Source of the DNA: a virus
Taxonomy: Duplodnaviria > Caudoviricetes
IMG/VR virus record: IMGVR_UViG_3300038551_000086
Coordinates: 1 to 61,286 of that record
Length of the DNA stretch: 61,286 nucleotides
Direction: 5' to 3' (one strand)
Both the position numbers and the translations under genes were made by a program. Shown one piece after another: positions 47,374 to 56,450 of the stretch. Numbering within the stretch: position 1 is the first letter of the stretch; every line of letters starts with the position of its first letter. Below the pieces are notes generated by a model that was not told where the DNA came from, made no database searches, and was given only the letters and a program-made list of their open reading frames with translations.

Positions 47374-48537
47374 TTACTGATACCCCATTTCTTCGAGGTA
47401 TTTGTTTAGTGTATTGAGAGATATTTCAAGATATTGACACATCTCTTGTTTGGTTGCCGCCGGATGATCTTCTAAATATCTTTTTAATTGTGCTTTTTTC
47501 TTTGCTTTCGTTTGTGCCCGGCGCTCTTGAGAAAGCCGATTCATTTCCTCGTAATTCCGATCACTTCTGTTTTCGGAAGATTCTATCGAACCAACTTCTA
47601 TTTTTTTTTCAGGTACATTAGATAGGGAAGAGGACGATTGGAAACCAATTCCCCCTTTGGGGCGGTGCTCTGCCATTGTCGGCTCAGGCTCAAATCTTCG
47701 CTCCGGTTCGTCGTCGAATACAAAATCTTCACCTTGCATATTCATTTCCCGGCGCGGTCGTTCCGGCTGAGTAGGGGAGGGCGGTTTGACACCGTTCCCG
47801 CCTTGTCCTTGTGCGGCAACGGGAATAGGTTCAGAAGCAGTATTTTCCCTTTTTTCCTTTTCTTCTTTCCGTTTAAGAAAAGGCACTCCTGCACCTTTTC
47901 TGTAATAATCCCGCCCGTAGAAGAAAAACCATGCAGATAGGTAAAATACAATGTCAATTGCCGCCCCTACCATTGTGTGCCGACCAAATGCCCACGCACC
48001 GGGATTTCCGCCGAAGGTATTAGCAAGTCCTTGCGCCCATTGATTTTCAGCGTTCTGCGCGCCGGTTATTTCCATTTCATTCAGGCTCTTGTTTGTCTCG
48101 ACTAATGCCTGTGTCGTTTCCCCGGCGCGGGTGATCCGGTTGCGGCTCGTTTGTTCCTGAGCTAACCCCGAAAGAATATCCGCCTGAGTGCTCATGCGCT
48201 GATGCGCTTCGCTCTTGGTAATATTGCGGAACCATGAAGATTGCATACCGGAATATACGCCAAAGATGGTGAGGGAAGATAGTGCAATCCCCGCGACAAT
48301 CATCACCACCTTGATAAGCGCGAATCCCTCCAGCCAGCGATGAATGCCTATCATCACCATTATAAAACAGGCGACACCGATACCGATACCGATAGACACA
48401 AATCCATCTATCCAGAAATTTATTTCAAGTTGCTCCAAAACAGCGAGAGCGACAAAGAACGCCATTGCGCCGCCAAACAGGAATACGCAGAAATTTACGA
48501 GATACTGATAATTTTTTTCTTTCATGACTGACCTCAT
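47374..48537 (-). CDS. Multi-TM membrane protein with C-terminal HTH
   Basis: Three N-terminal TM helices, coil, fourth TM, disordered linker, HPAATKQEMCQYLEISLNTLNKYL. Confidence 0.75.
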   Translation of the reverse strand: MRSVMKEKNYQYLVNFCVFLFGGAMAFFVALAVLEQLEINFWIDGFVSIGIGIGVACFIMVMIGIHRWLEGFALIKVVMIVAGIALSSLTIFGVYSGMQSSWFRNITKSEAHQRMSTQADILSGLAQEQTSRNRITRAGETTQALVETNKSLNEMEITGAQNAENQWAQGLANTFGGNPGAWAFGRHTMVGAAIDIVFYLSAWFFFYGRDYYRKGAGVPFLKRKEEKEKRENTASEPIPVAAQGQGGNGVKPPSPTQPERPRREMNMQGEDFVFDDEPERRFEPEPTMAEHRPKGGIGFQSSSSLSNVPEKKIEVGSIESSENRSDRNYEEMNRLSQERRAQTKAKKKAQLKRYLEDHPAATKQEMCQYLEISLNTLNKYLEEMGYQ

Positions 48538-48557
48538 TAGTTAAGTTTACAGAAATA

Positions 48558-48586
48558 TTGATTTAATTGAACAATTTTATTATAAT
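48558..48586 (+). promoter_or_regulatory. Near-consensus sigma70 promoter, antisense to surrounding genes
   Basis: TTGATT-17-TATAAT. Confidence 0.7.
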
Positions 48587-48591
48587 GAGGC

Positions 48592-48645
48592 ATCCTTCCG
48601 GGATGCCTCACGCCTCTGCCTGAAAGGGCAGGGGCTTTATTTATT
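48592..48645 (+). ncRNA. Candidate ~50-nt small RNA ending in a GAAA-loop terminator
   Basis: Promoter directly upstream; stem 48612-48635 has G-U pairs only in the plus sense; U-rich tail. Confidence 0.45.
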
Positions 48646-48795
48646 TTCCTTCAATATGAATTTTTTCCCTTCTGCAAGGTTCAGAACCTCAAGAAACCTT
48701 TTTAGTTCTTTCGCATGTTTTCGGCAGAGGTTAATTTCTCCACCATATTTCTTGAGGGCTTCATTAAACCCTACTTCGCAAGCAATACACTTCAT
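48641..48795 (-). CDS. Small zinc-finger protein (not in ORF track)
   Basis: MKCIAC...LCRKH; ATGA overlap at junction repeat. Confidence 0.55.
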
Positions 48796-49049
48796 TTCTT
48801 TTCCTCTCGCTCTTTCTTTGTGAACTCAAGACAAATACTAAAGTGGTTCCTTATTGCCGATTCCTTCCCGATTCCGCTACTCTCTTGCAGTAAAACATTT
48901 CCACGTTCCTTTGTCTCAGCATCCCACTCCCAAACCATCGTCTCATAATACCAATGTTCCGTTAATTCCACCGCGGAAGATCGGCGGTAAGCGGTAGAAA
49001 CAAAGTATTTTTCGAGCAAATAGGATTGAATCAATTTGTGCTCTTTCAT
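48792..49049 (-). CDS. Hypothetical protein
   Basis: Starts and ends in junction repeats; FVSTAYR...YYETMVW. Confidence 0.65.
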   Translation of the reverse strand: MKEHKLIQSYLLEKYFVSTAYRRSSAVELTEHWYYETMVWEWDAETKERGNVLLQESSGIGKESAIRNHFSICLEFTKKEREEKK

Positions 49050-49537
49050 TTTACTTCCTTTTCCTCTCGCTCTTTCTGTATTAATGTAGCTTTGCCATTT
49101 CGTATAGTATATTTTCTTCCGCAGTCGCAAGTATGGGTTAGTTTTGCTGTCCAGTGTGCATAAACGTATGCCGGATAGCGGTTGAATATCCCGCACTCGC
49201 AAGTATATCCTTTACAAGGGCTTTTCTCATTTCTTTTCCTTTCGCTCGTATTCCCTGAGCAAATCAATAGTGTCCGACGTAGATTTGCTTGCTCCTTTAG
49301 TTGCTTATCCAACTTATCAGAATAGCGATCTGATGCGTTTACTAACCACATGATCGCTTCCGGGAATTTTTCAAATACAATGTAATTGTCTTTCCGGCAA
49401 CGCCTGGGAAAGAAAATATGCCCGAATATCTTATTTTCTTCCGCGAGGGTGAATGTTTTATCGGTTTCGATCTCTATTTCTACAATATAGAGCGATGCTT
49501 TCCCGTGCTTACTGAAATCAACGACAAATTTTTTCAT
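49046..49537 (-). CDS. Hypothetical protein, apparent fusion of two cassettes (C-terminal CECG/CDCG zinc finger)
   Basis: Internal out-of-frame junction repeat at 49227-49248. Confidence 0.55.
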   Translation of the reverse strand: MKKFVVDFSKHGKASLYIVEIEIETDKTFTLAEENKIFGHIFFPRRCRKDNYIVFEKFPEAIMWLVNASDRYSDKLDKQLKEQANLRRTLLICSGNTSERKRNEKSPCKGYTCECGIFNRYPAYVYAHWTAKLTHTCDCGRKYTIRNGKATLIQKEREEKEVK

Positions 49538-49683
49538 TTTTCCTTCTCCTCTCGCTCTTTCTTTTCTATTATCGCCTCCCGCACAACGGACGCGGCGGAA
49601 CGATTGCCTTGTTTCTTTCCGAATTTTTGACACCACTGCCAAAGGGGGAGGGGAATACCTACATTTCTTCGCTTCTCTTTCAT
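49534..49683 (-). CDS. Ribbon-helix-helix-like regulator (49 aa, not in ORF track)
   Basis: RRNVGIPLPLWQWCQKFGKKQGNRSAASVVREAI; AAGGA RBS. Confidence 0.6.
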   Translation of the reverse strand: MKEKRRNVGIPLPLWQWCQKFGKKQGNRSAASVVREAIIEKKEREEKEK

Positions 49684-49709
49684 ACAGTTTCCTTTTTTAA
49701 GGTGGGTTT

Positions 49710-49739
49710 AATATAAACACGATTAATGTTCATTGTCAA
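49710..49739 (-). promoter_or_regulatory. PL-like sigma70 promoter
   Basis: TTGACA-18-TATATT with AACA-N7-TGTT inverted repeat in the spacer. Confidence 0.6.
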
Positions 49740-49908
49740 CACTAAAAAAATAATAGTTAAAACCCCGACTTTCGCCGGGGCTATTCGGTGGGGTAGGAGT
49801 TATTGGGGGAGAAATTTCTTGACGGGTTTATTAACTAACAACTGTTTTGCAAATAGCAACGCAGTTTTTTTTTCCTCAGCAGTCAGCGAATTGAACAGTT
49901 GGCATATT

Positions 49909-50349
49909 TCATCTTTCAATAACTTCGGGGTGATTTTCTCTTTCGTGAACATTGAACTTTCCCTGTTTCATTTGGCGAAGAATCTCCCGCAAGCTCAATA
50001 AATCTTCTTCATCGAGTGCAAAAAGAATCTGCTGCAATTCATATTTGAGATCAATTAGGGTAGATTCTTGATAACTATTTTGACTTACATCTGCCTTGAT
50101 GAAAGTCACTTTATACAAATTCTTGTTTTTATCAATTAATTCCAGGCGAAACTTATGCCCGGTTGCATCGGCAATCTTTTTGACTGTTTTAAAGCCGACA
50201 CTTTTCAGCTTCAGGTTGAGAAGATTGGAAATGGTGCTCTTGTGCAGACCGCACTGATCCGCAAAGTATTTTGGCAAAATCGGTGTTTCTTCACAGATTT
50301 TTCTCACAATGTCGGCAAAACTACTTGTTTCAATTTTAAATGTCCTCAT
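49909..50349 (-). CDS. CI-like XRE-family repressor
   Basis: FADQCGLHKSTISNLLN...TVKKIADATG; divergent from cro-like gene. Confidence 0.78.
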   Translation of the reverse strand: MRTFKIETSSFADIVRKICEETPILPKYFADQCGLHKSTISNLLNLKLKSVGFKTVKKIADATGHKFRLELIDKNKNLYKVTFIKADVSQNSYQESTLIDLKYELQQILFALDEEDLLSLREILRQMKQGKFNVHERENHPEVIER

Positions 50350-50491
50350 TCATCTTACCCCTGTTTAAGATTTGGAATGAATATAATACTAAAAATATTA
50401 AAATCAAGGGTGGACTGAGTATGATACAGTTGAATAAGGTTGCATTTTAGAATCGAGTTGGATTTACGGCGAAAAAAAAAGAAAATAGTTG

Positions 50492-50520
50492 TTGCAAAAC
50501 CGGATTTAGTTTCGTACAAT
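50492..50520 (+). promoter_or_regulatory. PR-like sigma70 promoter with A-rich UP element
   Basis: TTGCAA-17-TACAAT. Confidence 0.72.
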
Positions 50521-50551
50521 GTATTAGCAAATTTAACAAAGGAAAGGAACG

Positions 50552-50815
50552 ATGAACGAAATAACGGTACAGCAGATTCAGCAGCTATACAAGATGAACA
50601 TTATAGATATTCACGACTGCGCTTATATTTTTGGCATCCAACCAATGAGCGTGTACGTCAAATTTACCCGCCTTAAAAATGGTGATTTAAACCGAACAAT
50701 TCTGCATCCAGGAGAAAAGAAACGATTAGTTGAACGGCTTCAAGAACCGATTCAATTAATCAATTCGATAAATTCAGTATTGCAAACCAATAACCACCAA
50801 ACCCCGGAGGAATAA
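50552..50815 (+). CDS. Cro-like HTH protein
   Basis: DIHDCAYIFGIQPMSVYVK; first gene after PR. Confidence 0.55.
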   Translation: MNEITVQQIQQLYKMNIIDIHDCAYIFGIQPMSVYVKFTRLKNGDLNRTILHPGEKKRLVERLQEPIQLINSINSVLQTNNHQTPEE

Positions 50816-50816
50816 G

Positions 50817-51020
50817 ATGATATTCAAAGTTTATTATCAGAGCATGTCTGCTTTTTACGGTCCAACGTATGTTGAAGCCGAAAGCGCAATCGAAGCAAAG
50901 AACAAATTTGCCGGTACAGCATTCAGACGCGAGGAATTTTCATTGATTCATGCAATACCGATTAGTTTTCAGCAAATGAAGCGGGAACTTGCGGAACAGA
51001 GAGAACTTAGTCACCAATAA
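50817..51020 (+). CDS. Hypothetical protein
   Basis: GGAGGA RBS. Confidence 0.65.
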   Translation: MIFKVYYQSMSAFYGPTYVEAESAIEAKNKFAGTAFRREEFSLIHAIPISFQQMKRELAEQRELSHQ

Positions 51021-51082
51021 AAAACGCCCGGCGGTAACCGGGCGCACCTGAAATAACCAATAAAACTACGGAGGAATATAAA

Positions 51083-51538
51083 ATGTGTGCGGCAAAAAGT
51101 CAATATCTGGATGATATTTTTATCAACGGGGCGTTCATGGATGATGAATTAAAAGTTTCCTACCTATTGCCTGATGGTACACCAATCTACACCCGCAATC
51201 CCGAACTCGAAAACGAATTTGATGACAAGGCAACCTGGAACGAGCAAGACCTTGAAACCCTTCGCTTTTGGCTTGAGGGCTTCACCGAACTTGTTGAGAA
51301 ATTCCGGGCGGAACTGGACAGGCAGGAAGCCGGGCAACCGAAATACCGGAGATTGCTCAAACAGTTTAACCCGGCGCATGATGCTTGGATGAGCTTGCGC
51401 AGTGAACTATTCCGGCGCGTGTGTTTCTGCAATAAGGGCAAATTGAACCTGCCGGAAATCGACTATATCAATCAGCCGGAGTTGGCGAGACAAGAAGAAA
51501 TTAATACCAATCAATATTTAGAGAGAAAGGAGAGGTAA
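51083..51538 (+). CDS. Hypothetical protein
   Basis: GGAGGA RBS. Confidence 0.6.
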   Translation: MCAAKSQYLDDIFINGAFMDDELKVSYLLPDGTPIYTRNPELENEFDDKATWNEQDLETLRFWLEGFTELVEKFRAELDRQEAGQPKYRRLLKQFNPAHDAWMSLRSELFRRVCFCNKGKLNLPEIDYINQPELARQEEINTNQYLERKER

Positions 51539-51540
51539 TA

Positions 51541-51717
51541 ATGATTAATTGGATTAACTACCTTAAATACCTGTTAGGAAAACCGGCAAAAGGAATAAGC
51601 CGTTGGACAGCCTTTTGGTGTCGCTTAAAGAAGCATCCGGCGGGAGTAATTTGGTATAATCCAAGTGGCTTAGAGCCTGATATGCGTTGTAGTAAATGTT
51701 TTGATGATTTAGGCTAA
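51541..51717 (+). CDS. Small zinc-binding protein (58 aa, not in ORF track)
   Basis: WCRLKKHP...RCSKC; GGAGAGGT RBS. Confidence 0.55.
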   Translation: MINWINYLKYLLGKPAKGISRWTAFWCRLKKHPAGVIWYNPSGLEPDMRCSKCFDDLG

Positions 51718-51729
51718 GGAGCGGATATA

Positions 51730-52938
51730 ATGGGAGAGTATGCAGATTATTCGATTGAAACTAACTTAAATAAAGGACTTCCCTACGCAGGGAAAATAAA
51801 AGGGAGAAATATAATGAGCGCAAAAGAGTACCAAGACGCTGAAGTTGTCGATACCGAAACCGGGGAATTATTACCCGCGATTATCGAACAGAAAACAGCA
51901 ATAGCGAATTGGCAGGGGATAGCTCAGCAACCGTTTGAGCAAAAGACCGCAAAGACCCTTGAAGCAACCATACCGGATGAACTGATAGAGATACGCCCGG
52001 ATGGTATGATTTACCTGCCGCAGACGGAATACCGCCGAATACTCAACAAGGCGTTTGGAGTCGGGGCGTGGGCTTTACGCCGCTTGCGGATTGAGAAGAT
52101 TGAAAACACGGTAATATTCGACGGTGAGCTTTGGGCTAACGGGCGGTATATCGCCGGGGCGATGGGTGAGCAAGAGTATTACGAATCTAACCGGAATACT
52201 TCTTGGGCTACTGCCGTCGAATCCGCCAAAAGCGATTGCTTAACCCGATGTTGCAAAGATATTGGAATTGCAATCGACCTATGGAGTCCGACCTTTATTA
52301 AGAGATGGAAAGAACAGAACGCGGTACAAGTCTGGTGTGAGTATATCGGGAAGGAATCGAAATACAACAAACCCGGGGACAAAAAACCGCTTTGGAGGAA
52401 GAAAACCGAATCACCTATTGATACCTATCCCTGGCGCGAATCAGGCGGGAAGCAACCACCGCCAAAAGATAGCGAAAAACGGGCAGAAACGGGGCGTACA
52501 TCGACGCAAGAGCCGAAAGCGGATAGTTCACCCCAACCGCCTAATCCTTTTGCGGAGAATCACCGGGTTCAGTGGGTAAACTTTCTCAAAGATCACCTGC
52601 CAATCCCCCCATCAGACAATTGGCAGAAAATCATTCTGAAAGACCAAAAGACTATTCACGAAAAGATTCTTGAAATCAAGTATATGGGTGCGGTTTTGTC
52701 AGAGGGAGACCAGGAAACATTTCACAGCCTTTTGAGCGATGCCAGCAAGAAGGAAGCGCAATCGACTTTTGACCTGGATGCGCTCGAAAAAGCAAACCAT
52801 GAGAAATTGATTGACAAAATCCGGGAAGATTTCAAGAAACGATTGAAAAAGCTGTTGGAAAATTTAAAAACCAATCCGCCGGAATCGCTGGAAGGTTTAG
52901 CGAAAAGGGCGGAGAAGAAAACAGGTAAACCGGAATAG
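51730..52938 (+). CDS. Rad52-superfamily single-strand annealing protein, Mgm101-like
   Basis: IEIRPDGMIYLP..EYRRILNKAFG.GAW, GEQEY, AKSDCLTRCCKDIGIAIDLW.PTFI. Confidence 0.85.
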   Translation: MGEYADYSIETNLNKGLPYAGKIKGRNIMSAKEYQDAEVVDTETGELLPAIIEQKTAIANWQGIAQQPFEQKTAKTLEATIPDELIEIRPDGMIYLPQTEYRRILNKAFGVGAWALRRLRIEKIENTVIFDGELWANGRYIAGAMGEQEYYESNRNTSWATAVESAKSDCLTRCCKDIGIAIDLWSPTFIKRWKEQNAVQVWCEYIGKESKYNKPGDKKPLWRKKTESPIDTYPWRESGGKQPPPKDSEKRAETGRTSTQEPKADSSPQPPNPFAENHRVQWVNFLKDHLPIPPSDNWQKIILKDQKTIHEKILEIKYMGAVLSEGDQETFHSLLSDASKKEAQSTFDLDALEKANHEKLIDKIREDFKKRLKKLLENLKTNPPESLEGLAKRAEKKTGKPE

Positions 52939-52940
52939 CC

Positions 52941-53255
52941 ATGAAAAAACCATCAAACGCCTATTATGACTTTATCGAGCGCATAAAAGCGCATGGTGAG
53001 AGATTCCCTAAAAAACACGGTGAATGGTATCGGATTCAGGTATTGGGAAAATGGATAACCCTCGACACATGGAACGGGAGAATTGCGCTTGTTGGGGAAC
53101 GATGCGAACCGTCAGGCCGTGACGTTTACGGTAATGTGGTTTGTTTCTATAATGACGGAAAGATACCCGAAACACTTGGATTTAATTTCGGAGAGTATTA
53201 TAAAGAACATCCACTTATGAATTTTTGGCGATTACATATACCGCCAGCAGATTGA
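52941..53255 (+). CDS. Hypothetical protein
   Basis: Co-oriented ORF abutting SSAP. Confidence 0.55.
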   Translation: MKKPSNAYYDFIERIKAHGERFPKKHGEWYRIQVLGKWITLDTWNGRIALVGERCEPSGRDVYGNVVCFYNDGKIPETLGFNFGEYYKEHPLMNFWRLHIPPAD

Positions 53256-53426
53256 TCATTGAAACGCGCCCTGAAACGGCTCAAAGAATGCCTGCAAGCA
53301 GGAGTAACATCCACAGTGAGAGCTTTGTGCTATTCAGGGCGCTTAAACTTGCCAACCTTCCCCGGCTCTCTCCGATGCCCCACCCATCGTTGCCGGAGGA
53401 GGGAGGCTTAACTCGCAGGAGGCGAA

Positions 53427-53627
53427 ATGAGCGTGTTAGAAGCACTTAATGACTTAAAGCAGGATGCAACACCCGCGCAACAAGAGCGCATTGAATTTGT
53501 TCTTGTGCGGGTGAAAAATATAATTGCAAAAATCGGAAAGTTTAACAGCTCAGGCTATTATGACGATTTGCAAATTGTTGTCAAAGAGCTTGACAAACCG
53601 GAGTGGCGAAATGGCACACGTAGTTAG
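53427..53627 (+). CDS. Hypothetical protein
   Basis: AGGAGG RBS. Confidence 0.6.
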   Translation: MSVLEALNDLKQDATPAQQERIEFVLVRVKNIIAKIGKFNSSGYYDDLQIVVKELDKPEWRNGTRS

Positions 53628-54015
53628 TCTTGAAGTTGCGAAACGTCGCAAAGAGGCGGGGTACCCGCAATCATCAGAGCATGGCGCGGGGTATTGGATG
53701 CGCGATGCTGGAGACGATGATTGGTATTTTGTTTTTCAGCCGTTCATGTCGGAAGGCGATGAGAGCATTTACGCGCCCGACCTCGGTGAGTTGATTCGGG
53801 AATTGCCGGATGATTATTTTGTTTCCAAGGATGGGCGGGTTATCAAGCAAAACCGCAAAACATTTCCCGTCACTTTTGAATTAATTGCACATGCCGACAC
53901 ACCCGAAGATGCTTGCGCTTTGGCTGAAAAACACAAGAATTTATGTGAACATGGGTACGAAAGGGGGAAATGCCCGGAAATCTGTGAATACTCAAGCTAC
54001 CATAGCCAAAAATAA
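53611..54015 (+). CDS. Conserved phage hypothetical protein
   Basis: SLEVAKR.KEAGYPQ...APDLGELIRELP...ADTPEDA.A. Confidence 0.65.
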   Translation: MAHVVSLEVAKRRKEAGYPQSSEHGAGYWMRDAGDDDWYFVFQPFMSEGDESIYAPDLGELIRELPDDYFVSKDGRVIKQNRKTFPVTFELIAHADTPEDACALAEKHKNLCEHGYERGKCPEICEYSSYHSQK

Positions 54016-54037
54016 CTAAACCAATACAGGAGAAGTA

Positions 54038-54439
54038 ATGATAACAAAAGAGAATTTAGAATTTGCAAATATGGTGTTAAAGAACCTATACCCCAAGTAT
54101 GAATTTTATTTAGACTCTTTTGACGCCGACAATGACGCTCTTATGTGCGATAAATTACCTGTCAATATTTGGACGGATTACGAAACAGGAAAATATATCG
54201 TTCAAGGTGCTCAAGTTGTTCCCGGTTGTCATACCATGCCTAACGGTGATCCGGGCTATCCTGGTGATGCGGATGTTACCGACATTTCACAACACGATAA
54301 TTTCCGTGATGCTCTTTTTGCTCTTTTTACTGTAAACGCAAAATTTGACATAGAAAATGCTTTTGATAATGCAGGGGAGGAAATGTTTTATAGAGATTAT
54401 GAACCGCCAAATGAGGCAGATTTCAGAGATTTAGGCTAA
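54038..54439 (+). CDS. Hypothetical acidic protein
   Basis: AGGAG RBS; flanked by CTAAACCAATAC direct repeats. Confidence 0.65.
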   Translation: MITKENLEFANMVLKNLYPKYEFYLDSFDADNDALMCDKLPVNIWTDYETGKYIVQGAQVVPGCHTMPNGDPGYPGDADVTDISQHDNFRDALFALFTVNAKFDIENAFDNAGEEMFYRDYEPPNEADFRDLG

Positions 54440-54463
54440 ACCAATACGGAAAGTTGGAATATT

Positions 54464-54829
54464 ATGCAGAATATCACTTTAGACATAGTTCCCACCGCAA
54501 AACCGCGCATGACAAGGCGGGATAAGCGACCGCCTGTGCGCCCGGTGGTTGCAAAATATTGGGCTTTTAAGGATGAAATCGCGCTCAAGAAAAACGGGTT
54601 TTATTTGCCCGATTCCTTCAGCGTGGTTTTCTATATGCCAATGCCGAGAACGTGGAGCAAAAAAAAGCGGGAATTGTTTTTCGGGCAACCGCATAAGCAA
54701 GTACCGGATTTAGACAATTTAATTAAGGGACTCGGAGATGCTTTCAAAGTGGATGATTCGGGCATCCACCACATTGAAGCAACCAAAATCTGGTGGGACG
54801 AGGGAAAGATAACCATCAAGGAGATTTAG
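54464..54829 (+). CDS. rusA: RusA-family Holliday junction resolvase
   Basis: AKPRMT, FYMPMP.TWSKKK, PDLDNLIKGLGDA...DDS.I. Confidence 0.88.
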   Translation: MQNITLDIVPTAKPRMTRRDKRPPVRPVVAKYWAFKDEIALKKNGFYLPDSFSVVFYMPMPRTWSKKKRELFFGQPHKQVPDLDNLIKGLGDAFKVDDSGIHHIEATKIWWDEGKITIKEI

Positions 54830-54831
54830 CC

Positions 54832-55011
54832 ATGAAGGATAAAGACGGGCGAGTTATCCGCAAAGGAACCCGTTTCAGTTGGATGGGGCGGACTTACAAG
54901 GTATGCAAATACAACGGGCATGGTTTTTACTTCGAGGATGAAAAGACGGGCAAGAAAGCAAGCTTGAAAGTCAAACCAAGAACTTTAGCGCAAATGGAAA
55001 GGGTAAGATGA
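54832..55011 (+). CDS. Hypothetical protein
   Basis: AAGGAG RBS. Confidence 0.55.
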   Translation: MKDKDGRVIRKGTRFSWMGRTYKVCKYNGHGFYFEDEKTGKKASLKVKPRTLAQMERVR

Positions 55012-55104
55012 AAAAGCACAAATTAGATAAGCCAATATTGCGACACCTGTTTTGGTTCGTTGTATTGCCATACAGACTAAAACAATACAAATGCAGGAGG
55101 AATT

Positions 55105-55494
55105 ATGAGAGAGTTGAAGTTTAGAGGTAAGCACATTGAAGGCGGAGAGTGGGTTTATGGTTTTGTAGTAAAGACGGATAAACAAACAGTTATCGTAAAA
55201 GATATTGGGGGATTTTACTGGCCTGTTGATCCTGAGACAGTCGGTCAATTCACCGAGCGTCACGACAAGAATGGCAAGGATGTTTTTGAGGGGGATATTA
55301 TCGAAGGTGGATTATTGGGACCATCTTATATCAAGTGGTCAGAGAAATTGTTGGGATGGAGTTTGGTTTGTTTTCTGCCAGTTGGTATAGAATACAATCT
55401 GTGCGAAGAGGGAGAAATCCAGATTTACGAAATAGATTTTGCGGATGTTGAAATCATCGGAAATATCCACGAAAACCCGGAATTGTTAAAATGA
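55105..55494 (+). CDS. YopX-family protein
   Basis: MRELKFRG, VDPETVGQFT..DKNG.DVFEGDI, EIIGNIHENPELL. Confidence 0.9.
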   Translation: MRELKFRGKHIEGGEWVYGFVVKTDKQTVIVKDIGGFYWPVDPETVGQFTERHDKNGKDVFEGDIIEGGLLGPSYIKWSEKLLGWSLVCFLPVGIEYNLCEEGEIQIYEIDFADVEIIGNIHENPELLK

Positions 55495-55657
55495 GAGAAG
55501 AACTCAGACACCTTTATTGCAAACGGGCAGAATATGAACAGCTTATTGACTATTATCACCATACCCGGCAAGACCTGGTAATGGCAAAAAAGTATATTCT
55601 CAAGAGAAAACAAGTCAATGAGTTGATTCAAGAACTCAAAAAACAGGAGGCGGTGAA

Positions 55658-55846
55658 ATGAGCACAAAAAAGCAGGAACAGCAGAAATTGGCGGTTGAGG
55701 AAGAAGCAACCACGCAAGATGTTTGGTTGAATTGCCTTAATTGCAAACGTGATTATTGGGAAATACGACAAAATTGGGAAAAAGAACATTATACCTGTCC
55801 GCATTGCGGCACAGGTGCTTTGTATATCGTCGAGGTTCGGCCATGA
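55658..55846 (+). CDS. Small zinc-ribbon protein
   Basis: CLNC...CPHCG; AGGAGG RBS. Confidence 0.6.
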   Translation: MSTKKQEQQKLAVEEEATTQDVWLNCLNCKRDYWEIRQNWEKEHYTCPHCGTGALYIVEVRP

Positions 55847-56100
55847 AAACAAAAGAAGTGTTGAATCTACTCAAAAAAGCCGGGCAGAATGAGGATATTG
55901 CAAAAATTCTTGAATTTGTGCTGGAACAACAGACAGAAATCAATCGCCTCATCGAAGAGAAAGACCTCGACAGCATTTTGATTGATAAATATCAGGCAAA
56001 GCTGGCGGAGATTAAGCGGATTGTGGAATTTACAGACAGGCAATATGGGATAACGGAAATGGAAGTAAACCAAATCCGCAAAATCCTGGAGGATGTATGA
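55843..56100 (+). CDS. Coiled-coil hypothetical protein
   Basis: GAGG RBS, ATGA overlap. Confidence 0.55.
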   Translation: MKTKEVLNLLKKAGQNEDIAKILEFVLEQQTEINRLIEEKDLDSILIDKYQAKLAEIKRIVEFTDRQYGITEMEVNQIRKILEDV

Positions 56101-56185
56101 CTCTCGAATCATTCTTAATCGTCTGCTGTTTTATCGCCGCGCTGTTCTGGCTGGCGGTGGTGGTGGTGCGGATAATCGGAGGTGC

Positions 56186-56440
56186 ATGATGCACAAAGGC
56201 AAGCAAGGGGCAAAAGAGCGTTTAAAATTGGCATTAGAGAAGGATTTCCCGGAGCAGATACAAATTGAGTTTGCCGTTCACTATTTACGGTATTTAATCG
56301 GCGGGGATTGGTCTATCATTTGGCGGATTTTATCGGAGAATATTAATCTAAAGTGGCGCACATTTTTAATTTGGCTGCCTTTCACTTATCCAAAAACAAA
56401 AGCTGAATTAAAAAAGATGTGGGAAGAAGCAAATAATTAG
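56186..56440 (+). CDS. Hypothetical protein
   Basis: GGAGGT RBS. Confidence 0.55.
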   Translation: MMHKGKQGAKERLKLALEKDFPEQIQIEFAVHYLRYLIGGDWSIIWRILSENINLKWRTFLIWLPFTYPKTKAELKKMWEEANN

Positions 56441-56450
56441 TTGAAATCAG

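Noticed and set aside
53266-53405. tRNA gene
   Set aside because: No T-loop GTTCRA or cloverleaf spacing; no tRNA recognised anywhere in the window
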